Assembly (NCBI GenBank): GCA_965247535.1
Contig: OZ252018.1
Span: forward strand, 782,674-846,673
DNA: 64,000 nucleotides
Direction: 5' to 3'
DNA from: Dehalococcoidia bacterium
GTDB taxonomy: Bacteria > Chloroflexota > Dehalococcoidia > Lucifugimonadales > UBA2985
Every line of letters begins with the position of its first letter. The first letter of the stretch is position 1. The notes beneath the pieces are model-generated. The model was not told the DNA's origin. It saw nothing but the letters and a program-made list of their open reading frames with translations, and made no database searches. Below are positions 21,470 to 32,200 of this stretch, piece after piece. A program made the translations under genes and the position numbers.

Positions 21470-21652
21470 GAGCGGACGGCGCATTTGACGCAGGGACGAT
21501 AGTGTCCCACTCAAGTTGACGACGCCCGCGTGTCATGGTACGTCGCCTTTAGAGCCCGCATCCTGATTCCCCCAACGGCCATAGCGGACACCGCGGCGGT
21601 GCCTTCTAGCTGCCGGTCGCGCGTCACTTGCGCCGGCCGCCGGGGCAGCCCT

Positions 21653-21973
21653 CTAAGAGCCCGGCGGTCGGTAGTTGACGTTGCGCCCGATGGCTTCGTC
21701 TATGGTCTCGGGTGTGATCAGCACGGTGGCCTTCAGGACTATCGCGCCCGCTGACGACACCGCCATCGATACGGCGGCTGCTGCGGCTTGATCCGGGGGG
21801 TCCACAATCATGTACAGGTCGTCTGCGCCAAAGCCATAGTAGAAGGACTCCAACGTCCCGCCCATCTCTGCGAACATTTGCTCAAACATCGCGCGGCGTC
21901 CCGTGCCCCCCTCGCGCTGCAGTCCCGCTATGCCCTCGAGAGTGTAGTCTGCCTGGAATAGATACTTTGGCAT
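21653..21973 (-). CDS. GYD-domain protein
   Basis: MPKYLFQADYTLEG...GGTLESFYYGFG..D...YRPPG; GGAGG RBS. Confidence 0.85.
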   Translation of the reverse strand: MPKYLFQADYTLEGIAGLQREGGTGRRAMFEQMFAEMGGTLESFYYGFGADDLYMIVDPPDQAAAAAVSMAVSSAGAIVLKATVLITPETIDEAIGRNVNYRPPGS

Positions 21974-22060
21974 GCTCGTCCTCCCTGGCTGTGATGGCTG
22001 GAATATACCAGAAGTTGTTGCCGCGGGCTACTAACGCGATCCTGCGAACACTTTCGATAG

Positions 22061-23842
22061 CTATGGGGCTATTCGTACTGTGATGATGTCCGTGTCGTGG
22101 AATTGCTGATGCCGAACGGACGTAGCGTATGCGCGCAGTAGCTGGAGAGACAGGTCCTGCTCAACCATGTTCTCCGAGTCGAACTGCTGGAGCTGGCGCA
22201 GCCTGTCCTCCATATTCTCCTCGTCTCCGGCCCCTCCGATGAACTCCAGGGTAGCTACCGGACCGTCGCTTGAGGCCGTCACTACTAGCTGACGTTCGGG
22301 TTTTGCGTCCTCCTGTTCGCGGTCGGGCTCGTCGTCAAGCGCCGTGAGCTCGCCGAAGTCCATAGGCGCAAGGGTGAGTAGAGTCTCTTCGGCTACGGCG
22401 CTCAAGCGCTCGCGTATGGCCGTGTCCCATCCACGGAGTCTGGCGAACTTCTCCAGGAAGTTGCTGAGATCAGGCAGCGCATCGATGTGCAGCCGCGAGT
22501 GGAAGCGCATTCCGCGGGGGTTGGTGAACTCCAGGTAGAGGATCATCACGATCGCGGCCACGCCTCCCGTGGTTATCCCGCTCTGCAACAGGGCGCCCCA
22601 TACCGGAACAATTTCCGGCATGGAGAACAGCCCAAACTGGAAGGCCGCGCCAATCCAGAAACACACTCCCGCCACCGTTATCCTCTGCCTATTCGGCTCG
22701 CTCTGGATGACGGTCCTTGCGCCATCGACGAACAGGTACGCGCTCAGAACTATCAGGTAGCCCGCCATGACCGAGCCGGGGATCGAGCTCAGCAGCCCGG
22801 ACAGCTTGGGCAGGAAGGCCACGGCAATCAACATTGCACCGATGACGTACCCGACCCTTCGGCAAGCGACGCCGGTCGTCTGGGTGTAGGACACAGCTCC
22901 CGGATTGACGATGTAGGGCACCGTCCCACCAATGCCGGCGAACAGGTTGGTCACGCCTGTCCCGGTCAGGGAGGCCTGCACCTCTCGAAAGTCCACTGCT
23001 CGCGCGTCTCTCCTGGAGACCCGCTGCTGGGCAATAGACTCACCGTTGACCTGTATGGAGATGATCACGCTGAGGAACAGGAAGGCGGGCAGGAGCGTCC
23101 AGAAAGTCACGCCAAGACCTGAAATCACAGGGGGCGAGCCCAGCCCGGGCCAATCGGCGGGAAGGCCTACCCATGCGGCCTCTCGCACGAACCCGGCGTC
23201 GTAGAGGCCGAAGGCCGCAGCCACGGCCGACCCGGCCACTATGCCGATTATCGGGCCCCAGAGCCGTGCCACAGCCGAGCCTCTAAGTATGAGCGCCGAT
23301 ACTATGCCAAGCGTGGACAGCGCCGCTATGTGCGCCCCAAGTGCATCGCTGTCAGTGGCCTCCGGCAGAAGGCGTGGCACCACGGACGCCAGGGTGATCG
23401 ACAGTATCATGAGAACCGTTCAGCCCACCACGGGCGTGACAATGCGCCTGATTATGAACAGCCACTTGGATATGACGATCTGGCCGAGCCCGCATACGAT
23501 GACCAGGGCGGCCAGGGTCGCAGGCCCACCGTCCGATACCGCGTCTATGCAGAAGGGTATGGAGAACGCGGCCGTGAACATGGGCAGCATTGTCCTGGCC
23601 CCGACCGGCCCCGCGCCGCGAACCTGCATCACCGTTGTCAGACCGGCAACCAGCAGGGACGCGAAGACCACCCACACCAGGTACGATTCGTCCCGTCCCG
23701 ATGCCTTGGCCACCACGACCGGCGTCACCAGCAGCGTCGCCGACGCTATCAGACTGAACTGAGCGCCATACCCCAGGGAGGCCAGAAAAGGGGGACTCTC
23801 GTGCGCTTCGAAGCGGGGCTGCTGTTGCGCTGAAATAGACAA
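22061..23842 (-). pseudogene. NCS2 (xanthine/uracil) permease with a C-terminal extra domain, interrupted by an in-frame TGA
   Basis: ORFs 23420-23842 and 22061-23410 are in the same frame: TPVVG*TVLMIL; TTGVACRRVG, FLPKL..L..IP.SV motifs. Confidence 0.8.
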
Positions 23843-24223
23843 TTTCGACTCCCTATATCACGGCACTGCCGATGTCCATCACCGTGAGGTTGCCTCGGCC
23901 GGTCTTGGCCACGAAGGCCAGGGAGGCCATAGCAGGGACCCGATCCAGAAGTAGGGGGGAAATCAGCTTGAACATCGCCGGGCTTGCTACGTGCCTTGGG
24001 TATACTGGAACCTGTATCCGTCCCACGCGCAGAGACGATCCATGCATACTTTACCACAATCGAATGTCGCAAGCGTTTCATGTAGTTTCAGAACCTGGAC
24101 GCACTGCACCCACGGATTAGTCCCGATTGCAGAGTTTCGCAGAACCCGATGGACTGGAGAAGGCGGAGTTCCGGAGCGCAGTGGGGCCGAACTTTAAAGG
24201 TAGCGGGGATGCTTCGGGACCAA

Positions 24224-25459
24224 TCACTCTTGCGACAGGAGCCAGTCTACCATGGCGTCCAGGAAGGTCTCGCCGAATCCGGGTGAGTGACCGGATCCCT
24301 CGCCAGCCCAGAGCTCGATTGTGATGCCCTCTGCGCAGCCCGATTCCACGCGGAATGCCTGCGTTTCGGCGCCCGGCACGTATCCGTCCAGATCGAGTGT
24401 CGCGTAGGGTTGGAGGTCTTCGGGCCAGTTGCAGCTGGCCCGCCGGCTCCAGTGCATCACCATCTCCTGAGCCCCGGCGTAGAATACCCTTTTGCCGTTG
24501 CCAGTCAGGACCGTCTCAATCTCGTCGCCCCCAAAGAGAATCACTTCGTCGGCGGTGCCATGAATGTGCAGCACCGATACGGGGGGCGCGCCCTCGCAGC
24601 TGGAGTCCTCAACGAAGCTCGTACCGGCAAGACTGGCCACGGCGCGAAGGCCGGGCAGGCCCTTGCAGGCCATGTGGTATGACATGAACCCGCCATTGGA
24701 GTAGCCGAAGAAGTACACCCGACCGAACTCCCTGACCTCTCCTGCGTTCGCAACCAGCTCTGATAGAAATGCGACGTCATCCTCACCGGTCTTGCCACCG
24801 AGACAGCACAGATCCGTAGGGTTCCAGAAGGCGTTCCCATTGCTGCCGAGTGCGCCGGTGGGCAGCAGCAGAGCGAACCCGTGGCTGTTCACACGCTCGT
24901 GAAGTGGCACATAGGCGGCGTGGTCAGCGGAGTTTCCTCCGAAGCCGTGAAGAGACACGATTAGCGGCGTCTCTCCGTCGACAAATCTCACAGGCGTCAC
25001 CAGGACGGAAGGGACTTCCCGGTCCGTGTGTTCCATGTAGTGGACCTGGCCCCCGAATTGCTCCACCATCCTGGCGGTTGCTTCATGAACGGCTTCCTCA
25101 GCCAGCGACTGTTTATCTTCCTCGGTCTTTGACCACATCTCTATGGTGGCCAGGACTGCGCCCAATTTGGTATCCGTTTCCTCGAGCTCCTGAATCCGGG
25201 ACTCCAGGTCGTCCATGTCTTCCCCAATGGTAGCGATTTTGCCCCGGAGTTCCGCGTTCTCGTTCTCAAGGGCTTCAAGTGACTCCTCCAGCGTGTGAGT
25301 CCTGACCTCCTGCTCAGCAACGCGCTCGTCTGCGTCGGGGCCCGCGCTGGCGCCGGTGCAGGAGAGCAGGGCGGTGGTGAGAAGAATGCAGACTGGCAAT
25401 GAACTTGCAAGTCGCAGAATGCCCGCCCTGATTCGAGCCGGGGCAACACGCATCTTCAT
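24224..25459 (-). CDS. Lipoprotein alpha/beta-hydrolase (PHB depolymerase/LpqC-like esterase) with N-terminal coiled coil
   Basis: LLSC lipobox; PLIVSLHGFGG, WN..CC, DDVAFL, GYSNGG, HIHGTAD, GH. Confidence 0.8.
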   Translation of the reverse strand: MKMRVAPARIRAGILRLASSLPVCILLTTALLSCTGASAGPDADERVAEQEVRTHTLEESLEALENENAELRGKIATIGEDMDDLESRIQELEETDTKLGAVLATIEMWSKTEEDKQSLAEEAVHEATARMVEQFGGQVHYMEHTDREVPSVLVTPVRFVDGETPLIVSLHGFGGNSADHAAYVPLHERVNSHGFALLLPTGALGSNGNAFWNPTDLCCLGGKTGEDDVAFLSELVANAGEVREFGRVYFFGYSNGGFMSYHMACKGLPGLRAVASLAGTSFVEDSSCEGAPPVSVLHIHGTADEVILFGGDEIETVLTGNGKRVFYAGAQEMVMHWSRRASCNWPEDLQPYATLDLDGYVPGAETQAFRVESGCAEGITIELWAGEGSGHSPGFGETFLDAMVDWLLSQE

Positions 25460-25663
25460 CAGCGCTTCAGCAAGTCCCCAACGTCGCAGCAAATGAGTCG
25501 CGCTTCTCAACCGGCGAGGTGTGACCGCTGCGCTTGGCGACAGACGGCCAGGTAGCCGGACGGCCGCTTGTGCCGAGCACACCGGCGCCATCGGCTTCCG
25601 GCAGTTCCGTCCGTATGACTAGCTCCCTGGAAGGCACTAGCGCGAACCTTGACCAACCTCGCC

Positions 25664-27292
25664 TCACTCTGTCGTCGCCTTCTCCAGCCCCAGGAGTCGT
25701 CCGGCGATGTCGCGGGCCCCATCGATGTCATCGGCGAATTGCTCCTCGGGAATCTGCTTCAGGGAGTTGAGCGCGCGCAGGGTGATCGCCGGCTGGTCAG
25801 ACAGGCCGATCACTATACACTCCGTGTGCTCCGCAAGGGCGGTGTCTATGAGCTCCTCCACCACCAGCGAGGCGCTGTCGTCCATGTAGGCCGTGTCGGT
25901 GAAGTCGAAGATCACAACGTCGTGCTCACTGATGTCCCTGCTGATGGTGCTGATCAGCTTGTGAGAGGAAGCCACCGTGAACGCGCCGCGCAGAATCACC
26001 ATGCCCACGTGGGCCGAATGGTCGTCAGCGTCCAGCTTGTAGCCTTCCCCGAAGAAGACCTCGTCCAGGATGGGCACGGATACCACGTTGTCCATCTGTA
26101 GACGCTCGAACCTCCTTGAGGTTGCCATACCTGCCGCGATGAGCCCCACGGCCACGGCGGTCACCAGATCGATGAACACCGTCAGAAGCAGGGTGATCAC
26201 CATGACCGCAAGATGTTCACGCTGCACGCGCATTATTCGAGTCAGGAATCGCCAGTCGATTATGTCCCAGCCTACCTTTAAGAGGATGCCTGCCAGGCAG
26301 GCGTGCGGAATGATCTCGACATACCTGGCCAAACCCAACACCAGAGCCAGCAGAATCGCCGCGCGTATGACGCCGGATATCGGTGTCCTGCCACCGGCTC
26401 GGATGTTGATGACCGTGCCCATGGTTGCCCCGGCGCCTGGTAGCCCGCCCAGGAACCCTGCCGCCATGTTGCCAATGCCCTGTCCCACCAGCTCCCGGTT
26501 GGCGCTGTGCTGCGTCCTGGTCATGGAGTCCGCGATGAGCGACGTCAGCAGACTGTCGATGGACCCCAGCATCGCCAGGGTCAGAGCGGGAGTTACGGCC
26601 TGTGCCAGTATCCCGGGGGACAGGTCCGGTAGCTGCGGAGCGGGCAGGCCGGTGGGCACGTTGCCAATGACGGGCACGTCCGTGAGCCAGTAAACGCCTA
26701 TCATGGTGCCAACCACCAGAGCGGCGAGGGTAGGCGGCAGGATGCGACGGAGCCGCCCAGGCCACAGGACGCCCACGGCAAGCGTCACGAAGGCGATGGC
26801 AAATGCGCTCGAGTTGAAGTTGGCTATGCCGTCCGTCCATCCCCTGATGGAGGCCATGGGTCCCTCGGCCACGGGCGTGCCCAGGATGGGCAGAGTCTGC
26901 AGCAGAATGATGATGATGCCGATGCCCGACATGAAGCCGGAAATGACGGAGTAGGGTGTGAATGCGATGAACCGGCCGATTCCCACCATGCCAAGCGCCA
27001 CCTGCAAGAGTCCGGCCATGATCACGATGGTGAAAGCGGCGGCAAGATTGTCCGCGTGGAGCGTGACGACCACCGCCATGGCAATGGCCATGGGGCCGGT
27101 CGGGCCGGAGATCTGAGATCGAGTTCCTCCGAACACCGCCGCGAAGAACCCTACGGCGATCGCCCCGTAGATTCCAGCGAGGGCTCCAAGGCCGGAGGCC
27201 TCGCCGAATGCCAGGGCCACAGGCAAGCCAACCACGGCGGCAGTTATGCCTCCGAACAGGTCTCCTTTAATCGAAGCCAGGCGTTGCTGCAA
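25664..27292 (-). CDS. SulP-family anion transporter with STAS domain (intact)
   Basis: GDLFGGITAAVVGLPVALAFG, ISGPTGPM, PYSVISGFMSGIG, NRELVGQGIGN, C-terminal STAS. Confidence 0.93.
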   Translation of the reverse strand: MQQRLASIKGDLFGGITAAVVGLPVALAFGEASGLGALAGIYGAIAVGFFAAVFGGTRSQISGPTGPMAIAMAVVVTLHADNLAAAFTIVIMAGLLQVALGMVGIGRFIAFTPYSVISGFMSGIGIIIILLQTLPILGTPVAEGPMASIRGWTDGIANFNSSAFAIAFVTLAVGVLWPGRLRRILPPTLAALVVGTMIGVYWLTDVPVIGNVPTGLPAPQLPDLSPGILAQAVTPALTLAMLGSIDSLLTSLIADSMTRTQHSANRELVGQGIGNMAAGFLGGLPGAGATMGTVINIRAGGRTPISGVIRAAILLALVLGLARYVEIIPHACLAGILLKVGWDIIDWRFLTRIMRVQREHLAVMVITLLLTVFIDLVTAVAVGLIAAGMATSRRFERLQMDNVVSVPILDEVFFGEGYKLDADDHSAHVGMVILRGAFTVASSHKLISTISRDISEHDVVIFDFTDTAYMDDSASLVVEELIDTALAEHTECIVIGLSDQPAITLRALNSLKQIPEEQFADDIDGARDIAGRLLGLEKATTE

Positions 27293-27861
27293 GCCACTAC
27301 TCCCAAGTTACGTCCCGAATGCCCCGAAATCTGGGGCAGCCCGGTGCTGGCAGTCCTTGCGCTATTGTCTCCTAGTCACCACTATCGCTAGAGTTGGAGA
27401 ATTGGTCAAGGTGCCAAGACCGGATCGGCTGCCCGGCAGCCCCCGGCGTCGCGCATACCCTATAAGTTGACACCCCAATTCACGGAGTTTCCCCTAAAGC
27501 TCCAGGTTAAGCGACCCGCCTCCTATTCCAAGACAGACGGTCGGCGACCCGCGCCCAATAGTTGTAACACCCGCAACGCAACACTGGCAAGCGATGGTCC
27601 GACACCTCTGCCATCGTTCACGGGGCATGGCCGGCGCTGACACTCAGGCTAAACTGGACATTCTGCAGCAGCCGAGGTTAGCTGCCAATGAACCGTGATG
27701 CCTGAGGCCAGGCGCTAGCGACTGCCATGAGAGACTGCCAGCGGGTCATGATGCGCTGGCAGTCATCACTCCTTCGATTACGGCTTGGGGGAACTCCACC
27801 GTAGGGTTCCGGTTGCACCCAGCCGGTCCAGATCGTCAGTTGGCTTCAGAATACGTGGGCC

Positions 27862-30384
27862 TTACTCCTCGCTTTCGCGCCCAGTTGCGGAAATCTCGCC
27901 GCTGCGCAGCCACACACCGACCGGTATGTCCGCGGCCAGGTAGCGGAGGTCCGGGGTGATCGTCTCGCCGGTAGCGTCCACAAAGCTTAGCTCGGTGCGA
28001 CCGTCGTCGAGACGCCGCCCATGAATGCTTCCTATGGTGACACCATCCACCTCAACGTCGCTGCTCATCTGCCAGCTTCCGGCCCGAGTGTCGATAGACA
28101 GGAAGCGACTGGTCGGCAGTATCTGCACTCCGGTGGTGAGTTCAACGCCGTGCTCGATTCGGCCGTCCTCGCCCAGCCTGGCGATTATGCGCAGCTGGTA
28201 CGTCGGAGGCTCAGCCGGAGTGAGCGAGGGTTGATCGTAACCGAATAGCTCCCGAATCTCGTTGCTGCCGGCGATGGCCAGACCCTGCAGGAACACTGTA
28301 TTGTTGTCATCTGCCTCAGCGGCTGCACACAGGACGGCGTCGAGCGCAAGGCCGACAATTGGAGACGCCACGCGCATCTCGGCGGCCAGCCTGACCAGCC
28401 CGTCGACGTCTGCAGTCCCGTTCTCTTCCAGGGCCTCCCGCAGATCTGCTTCCGTATCGCCACAAGAAGCCCGCTCCGAAAAGGTGCCGACCATGCGACG
28501 GACGTCCGGATCGTCCCAGCCGAGTTCGACGTTACTCGCAGCAGCCACGATCTCGCCGGCCGCCACTGCCGGGGAGATAACGCGTTCGGCGTAGGTGAAC
28601 TGGGAGTGGACCTTGAAGGCCTCCTCAAACGACAGCGCTTCGCCGTCGACTATCTTCCCCTGAAGGGCGCTCCAGGACTCTGCCAGTGTGACGAATTGCT
28701 CCGACGCCTCCTGGGAGATGCCGGTAACGACATCCTCCACAACGGTCGGAATCAGGGCCTCTTCTGCGGCCAGCACCTCTGCAAGCCCGGAGGTGTCAAC
28801 CTCGCTCGCATACTGGGATGCGAACTCCCTCAACAGGGCGCTTGACGACGCACCTTCCAGACTGACAGCGCCGGCCTCTCCGGTAGTGGACAGCCCGGCA
28901 ATGGCCGGCTGCTCGAAGATCCCGTCCAGCACCTGGGTGTGCACGCCCGCGGCGTAGATCGCCTTCGCGCGCACGGATGGGTCGATATCAGTGTCCGGAT
29001 CGGCGACGGAGCTAACCGAGGTCGTGACCAGTCCTTCTCCGTCGGCTTCCGCCTGAACAACATAGTCCATGTCGTCCACCTTGACGGTGACCGAATCAAA
29101 TGTCGTGCCGCTCAGGACCATGAGATTCTGCCACAGGCCGTGGAATCCGACCTCCTGGCCGAAACGGTCGTAGGTGATCACTGCCACAAACACCCAGGAC
29201 GGGCCGGAGCTCGCAAGAGTGACCTCGAACGGCGAAACGTGGCCAATATCGACACTATTGGCGCCGGCAGTCTCCGAACTGCTGTGGTAGGAGACCCCCG
29301 GTTCCCAGCGTCCTGCCGACGCGGTTATAGGGGAAGCCACCTCAAGTACACGCGGTCCCACCACGTACACTAATGCTCGCCCGCCGACTTCGGCGAGACT
29401 GCCACCGCCCAGGTTCCCGATTCGGAAGTCTACATTGAAGGGTTGGCCCGCAACCACGCGGTTTGGGGTACGCGTCTCCTCGATCTTTAGCAGGAAACTC
29501 TCCTGCCTGGCCTTCTCGTCCACGAGATCGACCACCAGGGTGAAGTCGGCCATCAGGGGCTGATAGTCACGTTCCAGGTAGGTCGTGGCCTCCAGCAGGT
29601 AGGTGCCCGCCTGCAGGTACCGCTCAATTCGCGAGTTGCGCCGTTCGCCGCCGTCGTCGTTGGCGGCGATCACGCCCTCGGCCAGGGAGACGAGAGAGAG
29701 CACGGGGTCGCCGTTGTCCGACATCAGGTCCACTCGTACGCGGCCGTCCTGCGGCATCTCGAACAGGTAGCTGTGGGCCGGATGCTCCACCACGAAGCGG
29801 GAGCCGCAGGTGTCGAGCGACCAGGAGCCTGAAGCAGTCAGACCGACGCCCGGCCTGAGCGCTCCGAGCGGCACCGGATCGCAGCCCGTCACGCGGCTGA
29901 CGGAAAGCGAGAAGTCCGACGGCCCGCGACCGCGTCCGCCAACCGTTGTGGCCTCCACCATGTAGGCGCCCGGAGTGAGATCGCGCTCTACTCGTGCGTC
30001 GAGACCGGCGCCGCCATCATCGTTGTCCGTTATACGGCTCCCGTCCTCGGTCATAAGATAGAGGTAGGGGTCACCGTCCGCTGATGTTAGGTCCACCCTG
30101 ATTCGCCCACCTTCCGTCACCTCAAACCGGTAGGTGTGGGCGTCACTACCGGTCAGGAAGCGGGAATCGCAGTCCTCGGTTGACCAACGTCCGTTCGAGG
30201 ATAGCTCCGCATCCGGCTCCGCGCCGAGCGTGCCCAGGTCGACTGCAGCACAGGCCTCCTGACCCTGCGCCGGCGAAATGCCGAACCACCCCATCCCAAT
30301 CAGGCCGGCGACCAGCGCGGCCAAGGCGCATGATATCGCAAGCCTTCGCATTCCGAATACCGGAGACGGATCTGAGAGTGCCAT
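27862..30384 (-). CDS. Secreted protein with two PPC (pre-peptidase C-terminal)-like domains and a duplicated C-terminal module
   Basis: Signal peptide; two copies of DL.S..GDP.L.L...NDDGG....R.ER.L..G.Y..EATT; start uncertain (30384 or 30351). Confidence 0.72.
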   Translation of the reverse strand: MALSDPSPVFGMRRLAISCALAALVAGLIGMGWFGISPAQGQEACAAVDLGTLGAEPDAELSSNGRWSTEDCDSRFLTGSDAHTYRFEVTEGGRIRVDLTSADGDPYLYLMTEDGSRITDNDDGGAGLDARVERDLTPGAYMVEATTVGGRGRGPSDFSLSVSRVTGCDPVPLGALRPGVGLTASGSWSLDTCGSRFVVEHPAHSYLFEMPQDGRVRVDLMSDNGDPVLSLVSLAEGVIAANDDGGERRNSRIERYLQAGTYLLEATTYLERDYQPLMADFTLVVDLVDEKARQESFLLKIEETRTPNRVVAGQPFNVDFRIGNLGGGSLAEVGGRALVYVVGPRVLEVASPITASAGRWEPGVSYHSSSETAGANSVDIGHVSPFEVTLASSGPSWVFVAVITYDRFGQEVGFHGLWQNLMVLSGTTFDSVTVKVDDMDYVVQAEADGEGLVTTSVSSVADPDTDIDPSVRAKAIYAAGVHTQVLDGIFEQPAIAGLSTTGEAGAVSLEGASSSALLREFASQYASEVDTSGLAEVLAAEEALIPTVVEDVVTGISQEASEQFVTLAESWSALQGKIVDGEALSFEEAFKVHSQFTYAERVISPAVAAGEIVAAASNVELGWDDPDVRRMVGTFSERASCGDTEADLREALEENGTADVDGLVRLAAEMRVASPIVGLALDAVLCAAAEADDNNTVFLQGLAIAGSNEIRELFGYDQPSLTPAEPPTYQLRIIARLGEDGRIEHGVELTTGVQILPTSRFLSIDTRAGSWQMSSDVEVDGVTIGSIHGRRLDDGRTELSFVDATGETITPDLRYLAADIPVGVWLRSGEISATGRESEE

Positions 30385-30583
30385 TCCTTCTGTTCTTTGA
30401 GGATTCACTTTGGGCGAGTCCCCCTTCCTGATATGTTGTACTAATACTCTATGAAGGCTGCCAAATGTTACCATTCAATCCAAGGGTCAATCAAGCAGTG
30501 TGCTCAGAGGAAGTCGTCCCGTTTCTGCCCGGTGCGTGCCCTGCAGACCGGGACCGGAGGTAGCTTGCCGCCAAGCCCTGGCG

Positions 30584-31285
30584 CTAGGCCACGCAGCACG
30601 CCGCTTTGCACTCGCGTACGCCGAAGATGCAGCCTGGGCAAAAGCACACCCTTGCCGGGCCTGCCTCATGCTCTTCGCCGTGCCCCGAGACATTTTCCAT
30701 GCCTTCCTTTACGAAGAGCGGGACCAGAAGCAGGGCCGACACTGGATCGGCCCACCACCAGGAGAGCAAAGTGTTGAGCCCAAGCCCGATCAGGATCGTC
30801 AGGTCCTGAAGATCGCAGAACAGGCTCTCCATCGCCTCCGCTCTCAACGACCGGGACTGCATGCGTTCGGCGATCCGCATCTTCCCCACGTACAGGCCGG
30901 TCATCACCACCGCGCTCGCAACTACGATGAGTACACCCGCCAGGCTTGGCTGCGGCTCGGGCAGCCACCCCACCAGGCTGGCGCCGGAGTGCAGGACCAC
31001 GTAGGCCGCCAGGAGGAAGAAGCTGAGCCCCAGCAACTTTTGCGACTTTATCTCAGCGGCCTCTGTTTCCGACTCATGCCGTTCTGCCATCAGGCGCCAT
31101 ACAAGGACAGCGCCGGCGAGAAGCTCGATGATGCTGTCCAGCCCGAAGGCCAGGATGGCCACGCTTCCGGCCCGGGTGCCCGCCCATAGAGCAACGGCGG
31201 CCTCGATCAGGTTCCACAGGAGGCCGACTATGACCAGAAGCAATGCAGTCTTGCGTAGGGAGTCCGATTCAAGCATCTGAGCCAA
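30584..31285 (-). CDS. Cation diffusion facilitator-like transporter (TM domain only) with Cys-rich tail
   Basis: AGSVAILAFGLDSIIE, SRSLRAEA, WWWADPV. Confidence 0.8.
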   Translation of the reverse strand: MAQMLESDSLRKTALLLVIVGLLWNLIEAAVALWAGTRAGSVAILAFGLDSIIELLAGAVLVWRLMAERHESETEAAEIKSQKLLGLSFFLLAAYVVLHSGASLVGWLPEPQPSLAGVLIVVASAVVMTGLYVGKMRIAERMQSRSLRAEAMESLFCDLQDLTILIGLGLNTLLSWWWADPVSALLLVPLFVKEGMENVSGHGEEHEAGPARVCFCPGCIFGVRECKAACCVA

Positions 31286-31586
31286 TCTTCCGCGCGGCCT
31301 TGCGTCTCCTTCTTAAGAGAGCCGACCAGCCGGGAGAAGCCCGGGGAGGTGGCGAACCTAAGCGCCTCTAGCGGTAGGACTGAGGTCTCTCAGGTAGAGA
31401 ATTGTACTGCTTACGATGATGCAAGCGCCAGACGTGGCGAGTGGGTGCTGGGTACTGGTCGGCAACTGCCGGGTCGCTCGCAGCGCCTTGCGGCCATGTT
31501 GTGGTAGAGTGTCGGCGGTACACCGCAACCCAAAAGGCTGATCCAACGTCTGTGTAACCGGAGTTCTGGCACAAGAGGTCCGGCCA

Positions 31587-32162
31587 ATGTTCAAAGCGAT
31601 TGCACCTAGAGACCTGGCGCCTATCCCCGCGCTGGCAGCCGCGGCCTTCGTGTTCCTGGCCACGTTTGCCTGGACGGAGAGAACCGTTCTCGTCGATCCG
31701 GATGGCATGTCCGTGCCCCACTGGCCCTGGAAGCTGTGGCAGGCGGGCGCGTTGCTGCTGGGGATTGCCGGGGTCTGGTGGGTCTGGCTGAGCACTCGCC
31801 GGGTGCCCTGGGTGCGCAGCCTGGCGCTTGCCGTTCTGGCCGCTGCCGTGTTCGCCAACGCGTACAGTGGCGTGTTTGGAGACTATAGTGGTGACGTGTG
31901 GCGCACCATCAACCCGCTCTTCATCGGCTGCTCGAGTGTGGCTGCGGTGGCCCTGTGGCGCTCAGGCAATCCTGCGGGGCGAGCGGGATCCCTGGTTTCG
32001 GCGGTACTGGGCGTCGTTCTGCTCGCAAACGCGTACTTTGTCGACTACGGAGACGCCTGGCAGGTCCTGAACCCGCTGCTGATGCTGACGAGCCTGGCGT
32101 GGGCCGCCATCGACGGCCAAGCCGACGCAACCAAATCAGAGAGCAGGGCAGAGGATCGGTAG
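31587..32162 (+). CDS. Hypothetical multi-pass membrane protein
   Basis: Several hydrophobic helices; internal repeat ANAY...GDxW..INPL/LNPL; GAGG RBS. Confidence 0.65.
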   Translation: MFKAIAPRDLAPIPALAAAAFVFLATFAWTERTVLVDPDGMSVPHWPWKLWQAGALLLGIAGVWWVWLSTRRVPWVRSLALAVLAAAVFANAYSGVFGDYSGDVWRTINPLFIGCSSVAAVALWRSGNPAGRAGSLVSAVLGVVLLANAYFVDYGDAWQVLNPLLMLTSLAWAAIDGQADATKSESRAEDR

Positions 32163-32200
32163 GCCACGCGTCCGGCGGCAGGAGCCGAAAGAGCAACCAA

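Noticed and set aside
27733-27764. 11-bp hairpin gactgccagcg/cgctggcagtc as an ncRNA or terminator
   Set aside because: Isolated stem with no U-tract or family signature; not enough to call
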